Below, piece after piece: positions 38,889-52,000 of a DNA stretch of 64,000 nt. Position 1 is the stretch's first letter; each line of letters begins with the position of its first letter. The stretch comes from Catajapyx aquilonaris. Taxonomy: Eukaryota. Below the pieces are notes generated by a model. That model made no database searches. It was not told the origin of the DNA and worked only from the letters and a program-made list of their open reading frames with translations. Where the stretch lies: NCBI GenBank assembly GCA_000934665.2, contig KZ538022.1, positions 62,001 through 126,000 on the forward strand. The letters run 5' to 3'. Both the position numbers and the translations under genes were made by a program.

Positions 38889-39712
38889 GAGTGATGCTCT
38901 TTTAATGTTTTGTGGCTTATTACTGTGTAGCTAATACGTTCATAACCGTGAGTAGCTGCTTAATAATAAGCAAGTTTATGCCAAATATCGCTAACTGCTT
39001 ATGTTCAATATGAATACGGTAGTCGATTGTTGGATCATCAAACCCTGGCCACGCTTTTATGGATTTTAAATGTGGTTTTTGTGACTGGCGAACCAGACTT
39101 GCCCTAGCGGTTCGCGTTTTTTTTTTTGCGCGCGTTGTTTTTTTAAAAATATCCAGCGACCCCGTGAATTGACTCTGCAAAAATGTGAGGTCCTTTTGAT
39201 GCTTGGGTTTTTTTTTGTAACCCTGTGATTTCAGAGCTTCATAATTGCGTGGCCCCGGGTCAAAAAAAAGAGAAAGAGGGGGGGGGGGGGGGNGGTGGTG
39301 GGGGGGCATGAATACGGCTTTTTTTTTGACCCCACTCCACAAGCTGTGATTATTTTGTGCATCGAAGCGTAGCGGTAAGTGTGAAATCGATATTGTTGAA
39401 CTGGTTACACGGGTTGTTTCGACGGAACAGTCTTATTAGCCAGCAAAGTTTTTTTTTAGCCAATAAACTGGCTTTGTCAGGAGCTGCGGGTTAACCGAAC
39501 GATTCATGAAAATGTTAGGCAAACACATTTCTTTTTCCGAAACGGTAACGAACTGATGTGAAGCAAATTAGTCACAAAAAATTGTGCAAATTACAGATGC
39601 AATTTTTAAGTTCCATACTATGGCATGGTATAGTCATAATATTAAGTTATCAAAAAAATTATGCCAATTATTGCAGACAACAATATTTATTCCATGTGTG
39701 TGATGCGCTTCA

Positions 39713-39713
<1 letters not shown>

Positions 39714-39785
<72 letters not shown>
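39714..39785. repeat. (ATT)24 microsatellite
   Basis: Perfect trinucleotide run. It produces the poly-Ile in the spurious ORF 39558..39890. Confidence 0.98.
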
Positions 39786-40740
39786 GCATTATCGGATTAC
39801 CACGTGGCAACATTTCCGGGTCAGGTGAATAACACTGAATGTCAGCCATCAGAGGCGTCCAACCCGGAGCAGAGAGACAGTTTCCCTTAGAAACGGGAGA
39901 TAACCAAAGAGCGGTATTCTTGATATCAGGCGCACGTGCGGCCATTACACCTTTATGCTTTCCTTTTGTCCGGATCTTCTCGCTTTTCGAGGCCGCTCGC
40001 GGTCACACTTTTTTTCTCTGCCCAACTTTGGATGGGTTTTCCTGGAAGAAGAAGACTGTCTTCATGTCCGCGCGCCATTGTTCCCAGAGTGCACGAGGCG
40101 CCCTCGGTAATTGATATTGATCATTCAAAAAACCCTGGGAGACATCCCAATTCCCGCCGCACCGATTTCAATTCACAACCCACTGCTTCATAATACTTTG
40201 TCAATGTAATTGTTACATTTATTATTATTACCCCGGACGAGAAACACTAAGCGCCGCTTTCATCAGCGTCCCGATTTCCATATTAACACGTGCCCATTTG
40301 TATCTAATTTAAATGGGATTAAAACCAGGTTTTGCGGGAAACAGATCGGGTTTCGGTGACGCGCTTGCTAAACTAATCGTCGCAAAAATTTCGCAATTAA
40401 TGAGCGTCAGCTGTGAGCAGCTTCCCTGAAACACCCGCAGAGTGAAGCGACACCAAACGGATGGCGACTGAAACTTTACAGTCATATCATGCAACACTTT
40501 CCGAGCTCTTCAAGAATTCACAATCTGCGACTCTACCCTGTAAATAACCTAACTCATCATCGAGGTGGTAGTATAGTTACCATAGTTTTCACTTGAATCG
40601 CTGTTCAACAGGACACAGTAGTGTAGCACCCTGGTGGATTTTGTCCGCGCAGTGACTCATCACCAACGTGTTTCCAGTACTATATACTTTCCCCCTGAGA
40701 GCGGCAGTAAGTTGGCACTTTTAGAGCACATTTTTCTTAC

Positions 40741-40972
40741 CTTTTCTCCCTTGGAGTTCCTGTAGAGCATCCACTTTCCAAGAGAGTCTCTCCAGTACTC
40801 CAGCATAAACTGCTCGGCATATTCCTGCCCCTGGCCATTTCCGAATCGTCCTTGGGTCTCGGTGGATGTGATCCGGTGATCCCGATTCAGATCAATCTCC
40901 AGGAACTCCCTCACCTTCTCACTGATCTGCATTCGGGGACACCACGCCCCGCCATTCTTCTCCTGTCTGATC
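40741..40972 (-). CDS. Ddr: DDR exon, discoidin (F5/8 type C) domain
   Basis: Acceptor ttttacag|G, donor AAG|gtaag, 232 nt. Encodes (R)IRQEKNGGAWCPRMQISEKVREFLEIDLNRDHRITSTETQGRFGNGQGQEYAEQFMLEYWRDSLGKWMLYRNSKGEK, with the DDR motifs GAWCP and TQGRF. Confidence 0.95.
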
Positions 40973-42319
40973 CTGTAAAAACGAATCGCATTTAACTTCC
41001 ACACTTTTCAATCGAGCCCAAATGTGACTGATCCTATAATGACCACAACCCGCAACTGTTGCACATCATCGAGCCAAATCGCACATTTTCCTGGGGATTG
41101 CCAATCGCGTGTTTTTTTTGCGCAGAAGATGACAAATGGGCTCCATTTGTGTTTATTAGCCCGTCATGCGACTAAGCAGCTCGATAGCCCGGGGGAACAT
41201 CATCAGGGGGCGAGTAACAAATGGTGTCGCTTTTATACGTTTCCGACGGATTTTCCAAGCATTGGGAAGAGAGGAAAAAATATCTGGAGCGGCCACCTCA
41301 GAGTCGCGGTGGTCATGTTTCATCCTAATGCCCATAACTGTCCCCCATCCGAGGTGCCGGAGTTCCATGTCCCCACGAAATACGAGTCTTCAGATGGGAA
41401 AAACCGGCAGTGAGACGCGAATGTCAATAATTTTTCTCACAAAAGTCGGTCGAATCTGGATGAGAAAATCCCAGATCTAACGCGTCGTAGGGTCTAATTT
41501 TCGTCCCATTGACAGTTAGCTGCAACTATCAGTGTGGGATGAAAATTTCACCCATAGTTGCGAACACGTCATAAAATTCTAAGAAATTTCACCTCTCCAA
41601 ACGGACCAGTCTGCCAGTTGCTTAAGTCAGGAGACACTAAAATATGACCCTCTTCGTGTTTTTTAAATGCAAAGTTAAGACGGCGGCGTATGCGGGATGC
41701 CAGGTACTTCCTCACAGTGAGCTGTAGTTTCCCCCGTCTGCAGAAGTCCCTTAAGAAACCCAAGAAAAAAGGGCACTTTTAATGGAAACGTTGAGGCACA
41801 TCTTGAGCTTCTTATTGCTTGGAGGAGGGGTGGAAGATATGGTGAGGGGGGGCAACGTTGAGGCCCGGAAATAATATTATTATGCAGAAGGAGCGAGAGG
41901 GAATAAAAGGTTGGCGCCTGGAAATTACGAGATGAAAATGGAGCTTAAATGTGTGAGGAGGCGCAGCTTTCCCTAGAGGTCGCATATCATCATCATCATA
42001 CTAGTTGGAGATATGACCTCCCTTCTCATACAACCCAACTCACAGGAATACCTTCCTGACAAATCACCATCCGCGCAGACTGACTGTGTGAAACGGCGCC
42101 TTGTTATGCATTAAAGGCCCAATCCCCGGAGGTTATGCGGGCATGTAGCCGCATGGAAATGAGACGAGAGGAGAGCACAGGTAAACCGGACCACACTCTC
42201 ATCCGGATGCTGGATATTGGGCTTCTGACAAGCTGGAAGCCATTTTGAGAGGGAGGAAAAGGGACGAGGAACCAAACACTGGCTGTGATCCGGATCATGT
42301 CCATGTCATCAGCCCAGAA

Positions 42320-42595
42320 AATAGCCCAGCAGCGATTTAGTCACTAAAACTGATCAAATAAGTAGCGGAGATTTAATAACTGCTGCTAAAGTATCGGCCT
42401 AATAGCTTAGCAACTAGGAATTTTGTCACTGCTACTAGAACAGAGGTCTAATAGGGGTCAGTTAGCTCAGCAGTGATTGAGTCACTGCTAATAAAATAGC
42501 GGTCTAATAGGAGTCAAACGGATTAGCAGCGATTGAGTCACTGCTATTAAATATGGTCTAATAAGGGTCAAATAGCTTAGCACTGCTACTAAACG
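42320..42595. repeat. Degenerate tandem repeat of about 60-70 bp (TAGC-rich family)
   Basis: Repeated agcagcgattgagtcactgcta...ggtctaatagg.gtca. Confidence 0.75.
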
Positions 42596-45500
42596 GCAAA
42601 AAATCAAGTCACATTTTGAAGAGCCAATTTTTTTTGTACGTTGTCAAACTCTTCACTTGTAAAGTCAATTTAGTTAATTGTTAAAATTTAAGTCTGTTTA
42701 TGTTAATTTGCGTCACACGTACATACTGAAGTTATTTTTGGATTGTTGGCTGTACTTTTCCAAAAGGTAAAAATCCTAGCAGGATTTAACAAAATGAAAA
42801 TATAATTACAAAATTAACCAATACTTTTGAAAATCGCTGATGTAAGTTGCTATCTTGCTGGCCATGTCTGTGGGGGCCACAGCTTCCAAAAAAAATGGGG
42901 CCTAATTTTGAGTTGGGCCAAGTCGGTCGCAAGTTTTGGCGCACTTCATAAATCCCACCCTGGATGCGAAAGTTTTGGGTCGAGTATAGAATGCAAGAGG
43001 CGCCTTCTCCTTGCAAAACCTGGGGCTGCGAAAATTCCTTATTAACTCCGAGGGTGGTGCTTGAGGATGAAAAGTTGCGGGGACCTATTATTCACAATAA
43101 AACATTCCGAAATCTATGGGGCCTTATTACAGCGCTTCATCTTCATTGGCCCTGCCAGCCCGTCCGCATTTACTTCATCCGACCATTAGGCGGTTTTACT
43201 ATGAGGAGAGAGAGAGAGGGGGCGAAAGTACGAAGAGGGGGGTTGATCCGTACGGAAACACACACACACAAAATTTTACAAGCACTTTTTGGCCCCCCCA
43301 CCATTTTTCTGATATCCGGAGTCCCCCTCTATGATTGGCCATTTGGGCTCCGGAAAAGAGTGGAGCTTATTGGTTTTGTGAGTTAGAGGCGATGTTTATG
43401 TCTGCTGGCAGCTGATGGGGAGCACTTTTTTGCGAATTTTTTTGCCGAGGGGAAAAAACCGCCGGATGCAAATTTCTGTTTTCAAATCATTATACAATGC
43501 TAAATCGCTTGCAGGTGCAGAGTCCCCCACTGTCTTGGCCAGTGTTTTCCTTTTTTTTGCAGATCTCGTTAAATCTGATTCAAATTACATTAATTTAATC
43601 CATGCTGCGGAAATGACACTAAATTATTTGCAAATGTTTGGACGCATGCTGGAAAACTCACTCTTAATGAAAACTTGTTATCAGAGAATCCGGGGCGTCC
43701 GGAGCCGGCGATTTTTGTTTCATAACAACATCAAAGTTACGTTGTATAGGGAAGGTTCGTTTGAAATCACACCGCCTCTTGGCTCAAAATCCGGGCGAAA
43801 CAGTACCGGTTAGTTTCCGAATTCCAAAGTTCAATTCCGTCCCGAGCTTTGTGCAGATCAGCGTTACACTGACATTTCGTCGAGGGTTTGGTTAGGAATA
43901 TATTTTTGCCTAAATTTACAAGTATTGGAAGAAACATGGTTAGCGAATTCATATAGAAAATGGCGCAAGCAGATCTTTAAATCAAGGCTACTCTGCAATT
44001 GTGAGACGATCCTTAGATTTTCATCCGATCCCCTATAGTTCTCTCGGATTTTTTTCCTCCTCTGCAAACCCACAGAAACGTCAAATCCTCTCTTAGAGAA
44101 CAAAAGAGTTAATATTTGCAGAGCTGAGCCAGGAACACATATAGCCTGGAAGAAGAGTAAACCAAAATGGTTATGCCGAGCAGAGATGTTCCGCAATTTA
44201 GCTCCACCGAACTTATACATTCCCCGGAATGAGTCAGAAAGAAGAAAATGAGAGAGAGATAGGAAAAAAACTACCGGTTAATTTAGTGGTCTGGTTTTTT
44301 GCGTGCAGAAAAAAAGGAATGATATATTTCCATCGATTCTGTTGCAAGGAGCTTGCTGGAATTAACAATTTGGAGGGGCTGCGTCGTTTAAGCCTGTCAC
44401 TTGAAGACTTTCCCCCCTCTTCTAATTAACGGCGGGGTTAAGTGAGATTTGGAAACGCCTTGAGAGAAATACTCTGATTACACCCGCTGCTGTTCACGCC
44501 CTCTGCCTAATAACGACAGGGGAATATTCTATCAAATCAGCACCTACAGGCTTTGATGCCAATACCACCAGCAAAGTAGTTGACCGTGTCCAATTCCCTC
44601 CTGACCGTGTAAACGACCCTTTTCGAGCAGGTATTTGCCGAGTGTAAGAAGACGAATGGAGCTCTGGAAAAAAAAAAGAAGCTTAGCGCGAAGCGATAAG
44701 AACCCCAAGATATTTTATTATCCCGGGAGAAGCTGTTTGCAGAGGAACAGGCAGGGTAGGAATATAGCTCTCTCTTTCTGAATAAGAATAATGACGTAGA
44801 TCCCTTTTCCTGCCGGCCAAAATCCGTTCCACGGCATAATATTCCAATATCGGGTCCTGCAGCTGTTGGGTAGGACCGTCCGAAAATCCAGAGAGCTCGA
44901 CCTGAGTCACGTGCCTGCCTTTTTCCTTCTCCTCTCTATCTGGCTGCTACTGTCGAGAGAGGGCGGGCCTCACCTCCGTCGGAGCCAAGGATTGAATTAG
45001 CTAATGGAATCAGACTTGCCTTCAGTCTGAAGAGGATAACTCGATATTCGCACCCACCCCCACATTCAGGAGAGGCCTTCCGGTCACCACACACCGACTA
45101 AACGCCCGAATATATATGCGATTCTCAGTAAGAAAGACGTATCTGCAATCTTGCACATATGCCTTTCTTGCTTAGTAAAAAAAGCCCCATGTGCTTTCAT
45201 ATCTAAATAATATAGCGGCTGGTTTCATGGCACTAATCGTAAGTGACACACCAAGATGCTCATTCCTTACGCTATCAGATGCAGTAATTACCAGCATTTA
45301 ATGACACCTCTCCCTACAAGTGTCACTTCTCGTCATGTGCACCGTCGTGCATAAACACAATTCGCAACCTCCCCTAATTTCCGAACAAATTGGAAAAGTT
45401 TCAGGTCACTTTTTCCCCCCCTCCCGCTCCTCCTCTCCTCCCCCCACTTTCCTGTATCCTATTGATCCTGTCGGAATATCGAACTGTTCCAGGCCGATTG

Positions 45501-48459
45501 GGCCTATGTGGCTAACGCTTTACGCTCCTTGCAATGGAAGGGGGAAATAGACGTTGCCTTGGAAACAGCGCCAACTTGTCTCTCTATCGCCGAACCCATC
45601 ATATAGAGCTCTGTAAACTATAGTAATAGAACCAGTCATCTGAAGTGGTTGGCTAAAGTCACGATAGCTGTAGCGCTATAGTCTTTATTAAAGTAACAGC
45701 TTCTTAATGATAATTTCTTGCAAGGAGTAAACACCCTGCGAGGTTGCAACTATAGGCAAAAGCGGATTGCCATTTGCAGTAAATACGTGTTTCTGGAAGG
45801 TCTCCCTGACAAATAGTCCTTGGGCCTAATTCTAGGCCTGCGTATACGGCATGGCAAGACAGGGCCTAGCTCTCTCTGGATGAGCACTTGCTGCCCCAGA
45901 CTCGCCCGGAATAAATCCTCGACATCAGTTTCGGTGTAATGCACCTCTAGACACACACTCTCTCTCCACTTGATGACGCACAAACATGTGATAATGCTAA
46001 GAGCTTCTCTCGGTCTGTTTTACCTCAGGATGGAAAACCTAGCCTAATGCATCCGACTCTGATGGGCAACAACACTGCGCCCAAAAAATGTGCATATACG
46101 CTTAGGAAATGCAGCGGACAAAATAACAGCTCTGCACGACATTCATTGAAGGAATAATAAGCTGGACAAACACATTGCCTTATCCTAGTATAGCCTATAC
46201 ATATGCACCAAAATGAATATAATTTATTATCATATTTGAGAAGCATGAATATGCTATGAGCGCACTCATTTAAAATACAGTTCACTCGAGTTTCATACAA
46301 AGCTATGGGAAAATGAGAAACTTTCCATAGTTATCCTATTGTAGTTAGTTACCTTGCGATTATAATTAGGTGGTGGAAATACATGGTTAAAGTTGAGTAT
46401 TTGCATGATGGGGTCGTATCACAATATTTGCGCAGCCTTTTAGAACAATAAGGTACACTTTCCCCTCTGCATGGATATGCGCGTAACAATTTGCAAAACC
46501 ATGGGAAACATGCTCGCAGTTGCTGATTGCAAATTAATTGCGGGAAAAAGTATGAAAGGCTCCGGGTTTTCATTTCCGCGTCTGCTTTTTCGGAGCGTTG
46601 TTTCGTTTATGCCAAAATAAATACAAACCATTTTTTTTGGAGGTATGAAACGGTCGGCATTGTTTGATGAAATGCTCGTGTGTGTATGTCGTGCACCTTC
46701 TCTTTACACATATTTTGCAGTTGGCTTTTCGCCCACCTAACCCGTTTCATCATTTCATATTACTTTTTCGTGTCGTTTTGTTTGATAGTTTTTTTCGCAC
46801 TGAATTACGACTCGGATTATGACATTTCTCTCAAAGATTCTGCGATTCGACTTGAGTCTTAAACTGTCGCAATTGATTTTTTAAATATATATTCCTGTCC
46901 CCTATGGCAGATTATCATAGCTGACTGCATGAGAGTGGCCGATGATGGAACCGGGACTAAAGCGCTAGGGAAACACAATATTATTTTTATTTCCGCCAGA
47001 AAAGAGTGGGGGATGGGGTGGGAGGCTTTTGCTTGCTAATTCGCAACATTTTGGTTGAATCCAGCGTCCACTTGCACACAAAAAAAGTCAAGCTCGCAGG
47101 GGATGGATGAAAAATAATGTTGCCCTTTATTTTAAGCCGGGTCTGCACCAGCACATACGTATACACATCCAGAGAGAGCTTCAAAGGTTTGCAGCCAAAA
47201 GCTTCAAAGGAAAATCCAGCCAGCATGTTCAGTACTTGCACTACATACATGGTATGAGCGCATGACCCCCTCCTGTTACCCTCCCCAAAGATCAATTGTC
47301 CTGACCTCCACCTGACACTAATAATGAGAAAACGGTTCAAAATTATTTTTCAGTCACAAACATAGCAGCTACGCTAAAACAGAAAGTCACTGCTAATTCG
47401 TAACTGCGAGTTTTATACGCTGCAAACAGCCGCTATTTTAAAAGTTATCATAAATTATTAAAAAGCTGCTACAGATCACCTACAGTGATAACTACTATTT
47501 TTAAATAGAAGTAGCATTTATCAGTGTTAGACAAATGTGATCATTTCAGTCCACTCGTAAGTGGCATCCCAGTTAGAGCAACTAATTAGGTGATTACACA
47601 ACAGCCTCTCGAGGCCTCCATCACAGTATTGTTGAGTCAAATGCAACTGGCCGACTGCGACGCCTGGTTTTAAAAAACATAGAGCAGGTTCAGAGAGAGA
47701 GAGAGAGCTGATTATACAAAGTATAAGCCATTGTTTTCCCCAGCACGCGCCATAGAGCTCAATTTCAAACGAGTGTCACCGCGGCCAACGGCAATGTTGA
47801 TGCAATTAAAACGCCCATTTCGGATTACAAAGTAGGCCTACGCCCCACGCGCGTAAACCATTCGACGCTGCGGTACACTTAATCCGCTTTTATGCATTGT
47901 CCACTGTATACTGCGGCCGAGATGCTTCCAGGTTTGCCAGCCTATCTGACAGAATCAGATATCTGTAGCCTACAGAAGCTGCATGGAAAGTGTACATCAG
48001 TCACTTTAAAATATTTAGAAGGAAAAAAAAAGTCGTTATACGTGCAACCAAAAAATACATGTAAAGGTTAGCTCCATTAACCTGCGAAATAGTGTAAATA
48101 ACGTCGCATCAGCTTAGGGTTCTTTTTAAACGCGGTGTGTAAGCCTGGTTGTGTGCCGGTGACGATAATAAGCTCAGCAGTGGCAAATTATGTTGCTGGC
48201 CATGGATTATTTTAATGCGAGCTCCCAGCTCTTGGATGTTTAATAAGCACTTTGTTAAACTTTTATGGAGAAGCATAATGTTTGCGATGGAGATGCGAGG
48301 CCTCCCCCCGCCGGTTTCATCCCTCAACTGCGGTCAACCCCGCCGGGATCATCCGGAAAAAATTTGCGGACAGTTTTCCGCCCAATAAAGTGCAAACCGC
48401 ACGCTAAATAAACTGCACGGTGTGGCAACGCTGGTCTTTTGAACACTTTTCAGAAATTA

Positions 48460-49095
48460 GCGGATAACGCCGGCCGAAAAAAGCATCGCGCTTAATATGA
48501 GCAACTAATTTGAAATAGCGGTTATTGTAGCGGGAAGAAACAGCAGATAGCAATAGGACGAAAAAAGCTACTCATTTGTTAATAGCAACTGCTTTAAATA
48601 GCTGCTATTATTTTGATTTATCCGGGAGAAAATAGGGGACAATGTCGGCAGAAAAATCATCGCGTTCAATATTAGCATTTAATTTTGAAATCGCGGTTAT
48701 TTCATTTTACGAACAGAAAATAGAGCGATTTATGCCGAAAAGAATATCACGTTTTTCAAAGCAGCGATTTTAAATAGCTGTTATTATTTGGTCATGTATG
48801 AGGGTATAGCGAGGACCTCCTCGTTATCCGCAGGCACTACAGTTTGTTGGGAAAAGCGGTGATGAATATGATGATGATGATGATGTTATTTAGCCGACAG
48901 AAAATAACGTCGGATAACTCGGATAAATTCGGCCGAAAAAAGCATCGCGCTGGCATCGCGTTCAGTATTAGCAGCTAATTTGAAATCGCGGTTATTGTAG
49001 CCGGAATAAATAGCAAATGCCGTAAAAAAAAACATCGCGTTTGTCAATAGCAGTGATTTTAAATACCGGTTATTATGTTGATCGCGGTTATTTTC
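48460..49095. repeat. Three diverged copies of an ~150 bp unit (TAGC-rich family)
   Basis: cggccgaaaaaagcatcgcg.t.aatat.agca.ctaatttgaaat.gcggttatt recurs near 48470, 48645 and 48930. Confidence 0.8.
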
Positions 49096-52000
49096 CCCAA
49101 GACCTGGTTTTCCTTGGCGGGGAACTGACCCCTGGCAGCCCGCCCATTAGGCCAGGAGCTCATTAAACCGGGCTGCAAAATTTTCGGACAGCGTTATGAT
49201 TACTGAGCAGGGTTCCGGGTTTTCCCGGGCGAAAACATTACGGGGGAGGCACGTGGTGGGATCGATGTGTTCCGGCTGCACAAAGTTGCGCACTTTCCAG
49301 CGCATCTTTCCCTTTTCCCTGACATTTTCCCTACCCAAAAAAGAAGGGTCGTGCAAATACAGGCTCATAACTTTTTCTCTCACATTCCAACCCACCAAGT
49401 TTTGCCCTATGCTTCTTCTTCTACCCCCCCTCTCTAGTACCCAAGGGAAGAGCTCTTACGGTTTTCAAACTGGCTTCTTCGCTTGTTCCCCTCCCAACCT
49501 TGCATAAATCATTGGGAGGAACAGCTAGGGGTGTAAAGCTGCCGTTTTCATAGCCTTCCATCCCAGACGTTTCTGGAATTGTGACAGTAAAACCAAGCCA
49601 TATGGGTTCCGCTATACGCATCTTGTTGCGCTCATATATTCTTTTACCGCCCTCTTCCCCCAAAACTTTGTTGCCTTTACTTACCAAGCAGGTTCATACG
49701 ACGAAAACAGTGTAACAGGAGAACCTCCAAGCCTTGGGGTTACTTACTGCCATCTCGACGCTAATGGACTCGGTATAGATACACGACACTATAGTGTACA
49801 GCTAGGTGCGTTGTACTTTGGCGGATTAATTACACTATTTTGGCTTGGAATAGGAAAGTCATAATGCCACAATGATTCATTAATATCAAGGTGGTCTGGT
49901 TGCTAAAATTATTATTTCCACGCATAATCTAAAATGGGGTAAATATAAATTTTAATTAACGTAATAAAATATAATAACATTACATATATAATGAATTGAC
50001 CCGGATGTGCCTTAATTATTTAATTTAAAAAAATTTCTTAACAAATTAAGAACGAACAATAACTATATAACATACGGGTATGTACAAGTGGGATACAAAG
50101 GGGGACTGGGTTAAAACATTAATCCTAGCCCAGTAAAATTATATAAATTACGATTATATTAAGTAAACTCTACTGTAAAACAATTTAAAAGAACATGTCA
50201 TGTAAATATTGAATTTAATTGAAACATTTAATTGCAGCGAAGATTCACAAAATTAATATTAACACATATTGTCTTTATACGCTGTGTTGCACTGACTGTT
50301 CATTTCAAAAAGTAATGGAATTTTCAAAATAATTTCTTTGTTATTGTTCTCTGGAGAGATCCAGCCGTCGACTTTGCACGTCGAAATGTTTTCTCCCTAA
50401 GGAACCCCCGTGTTTACGAAGAAGCGTGAATAATGAGCGAATTATCTGGATCCCTAACGCGACTTGTCCCCCTCGTCTATTTTGCGGGGGAGGGGGTTGG
50501 GAGGACGTAAGAATACTCGAGAGGAAAAAAAAGAAGACCGTCGTCGACAGATTGAATTAGATCACTTTTCATATCTGGCAGAAAATGAAGCCGCTTCATC
50601 GCCCCGCCAATAAATCGGGGGAAGGCCCCCTCATCAGACCCAAGTCTGCTGTTTTTAGATCAACAACCCACTAGCTTCTTTCTAGAGCCAGAAGGCCCAA
50701 TACCGCAAGATGACGCCTCCATATTGCTCACTCTTTTTTATTTTCTTGACTGTGCCCTCGAGGGGGGGGGGGGCGCCTTCTTGCACCATCTGGCTCCATT
50801 TTTGCCCAAGTACACTAAATCTAAGACTGCGGAAAAGGGGGCCAGAAATTAAAGAGTACAAAAGTTGCCTTTTGCTCCAACGAACCACACGCACTTTTCA
50901 ACTACTTTGCCTACAACTCCAGCAGATGATGGCAGTGAATCAATTAGATTGTGCTCTTTGCGAAAAGGGGGACCTTTCTTCAGTCCTGCTTGTCGCCGCC
51001 ACTTCAAGCCTGAATATATTACCAGTGTCTGGAACCGGAAAACACCTTGAGACGACCTATGGAGCTGTCCTTTCCAACTTTAAATCAAAGTGACTCTATC
51101 TCCCTCTTTAATGACTGTGATGTTGGCCAAAGGAGTGGGTGCCAAAATCCTAGGACTAGCGTCAAGTTCACTTCCGCCTGTAAAGGACTTAGCCCCACAG
51201 GAGCCATCGAATCTCTGGTCAATCCAAACCCTGGAATCAGCACCAGGCTAACATTGGAGGATCAACTCAAACGCTGTGGATTTGGGTGAGAAAAATGAAA
51301 AAAAACCGTCCATCTTTTCTCAGTGGTAATCCGGAAAAGTGACTTCTGAAACCACAACACTTTTGAAGACCACTGGAAAATTGGCATGCCGGATAAGCCA
51401 GTATTGTCGAAAAAAAAGTAAATTACTCTTACCAATTTTCACCTGTAAGTCAAAATGCTGACCACACTATGGGACCCGAATTTCTGCTGAAGTGCTTTCC
51501 CCTCTGCTAGAGTTTGTTTGCTAATTCGAGGCGCCTTGCAAATGACATGTTGCCCACAGGTGGTCAGAACTAAAGTTTGAGTGTTTGACAGCCCTTTCTC
51601 GAGCGGGGCCCCAGTGCTGCGACAGCTCTCTAGCCCCCCACTATTACAGGGTGTTTCATCAATTCGGCCAAACCATAGCATATACCCCAGCACCATCAGC
51701 ACCCTTGAATATACAATAACACCAAAAAGTCGGCTCCCTGTCGCGACTATCGGAAAATAGATAAAAGTTCGATCTCTTGAGCCGGAAATCTCGGGATAAT
51801 AAACGCTCTGTGTCGAAGAAGGGGGAAGGGAAGAGATCGATTAGGTGTGAAAAAGATGAGCTGCTTTGGGAATGGCAGATCACGAAATCCCAAGGAGGAA
51901 GAAAAGGGGGGAAAAAAGGTTATATAGGTATGAAGGAGGAGATGAAGACTTTTTGGTTGCGGGGATAGGGGGGAGTGGGTGGGGTGGAAGCTTTTCATCA

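Larger units (their letters stand above)
2349..40972 (-). other. Ddr: Span of the discoidin domain receptor (DDR) gene: 12 coding exons in the window, incomplete at both ends
   Basis: The exons below join in frame with matching phases (2/0/1/1/0/1/1/0/1/0/0/2/2). Domain order is discoidin, DS-like, TM, juxtamembrane, tyrosine kinase, which is the DDR architecture. Confidence 0.95.

Noticed and set aside
39558..39890. ORF with a 24-residue hydrophobic poly-Ile stretch
   Set aside because: It is the translation of the (ATT)24 microsatellite.
49688..49730. Plus-strand peptide AGSYDENSV resembling the DDR N-terminal ASSxYDxxSVG motif
   Set aside because: Wrong strand, very short, no flanking similarity.
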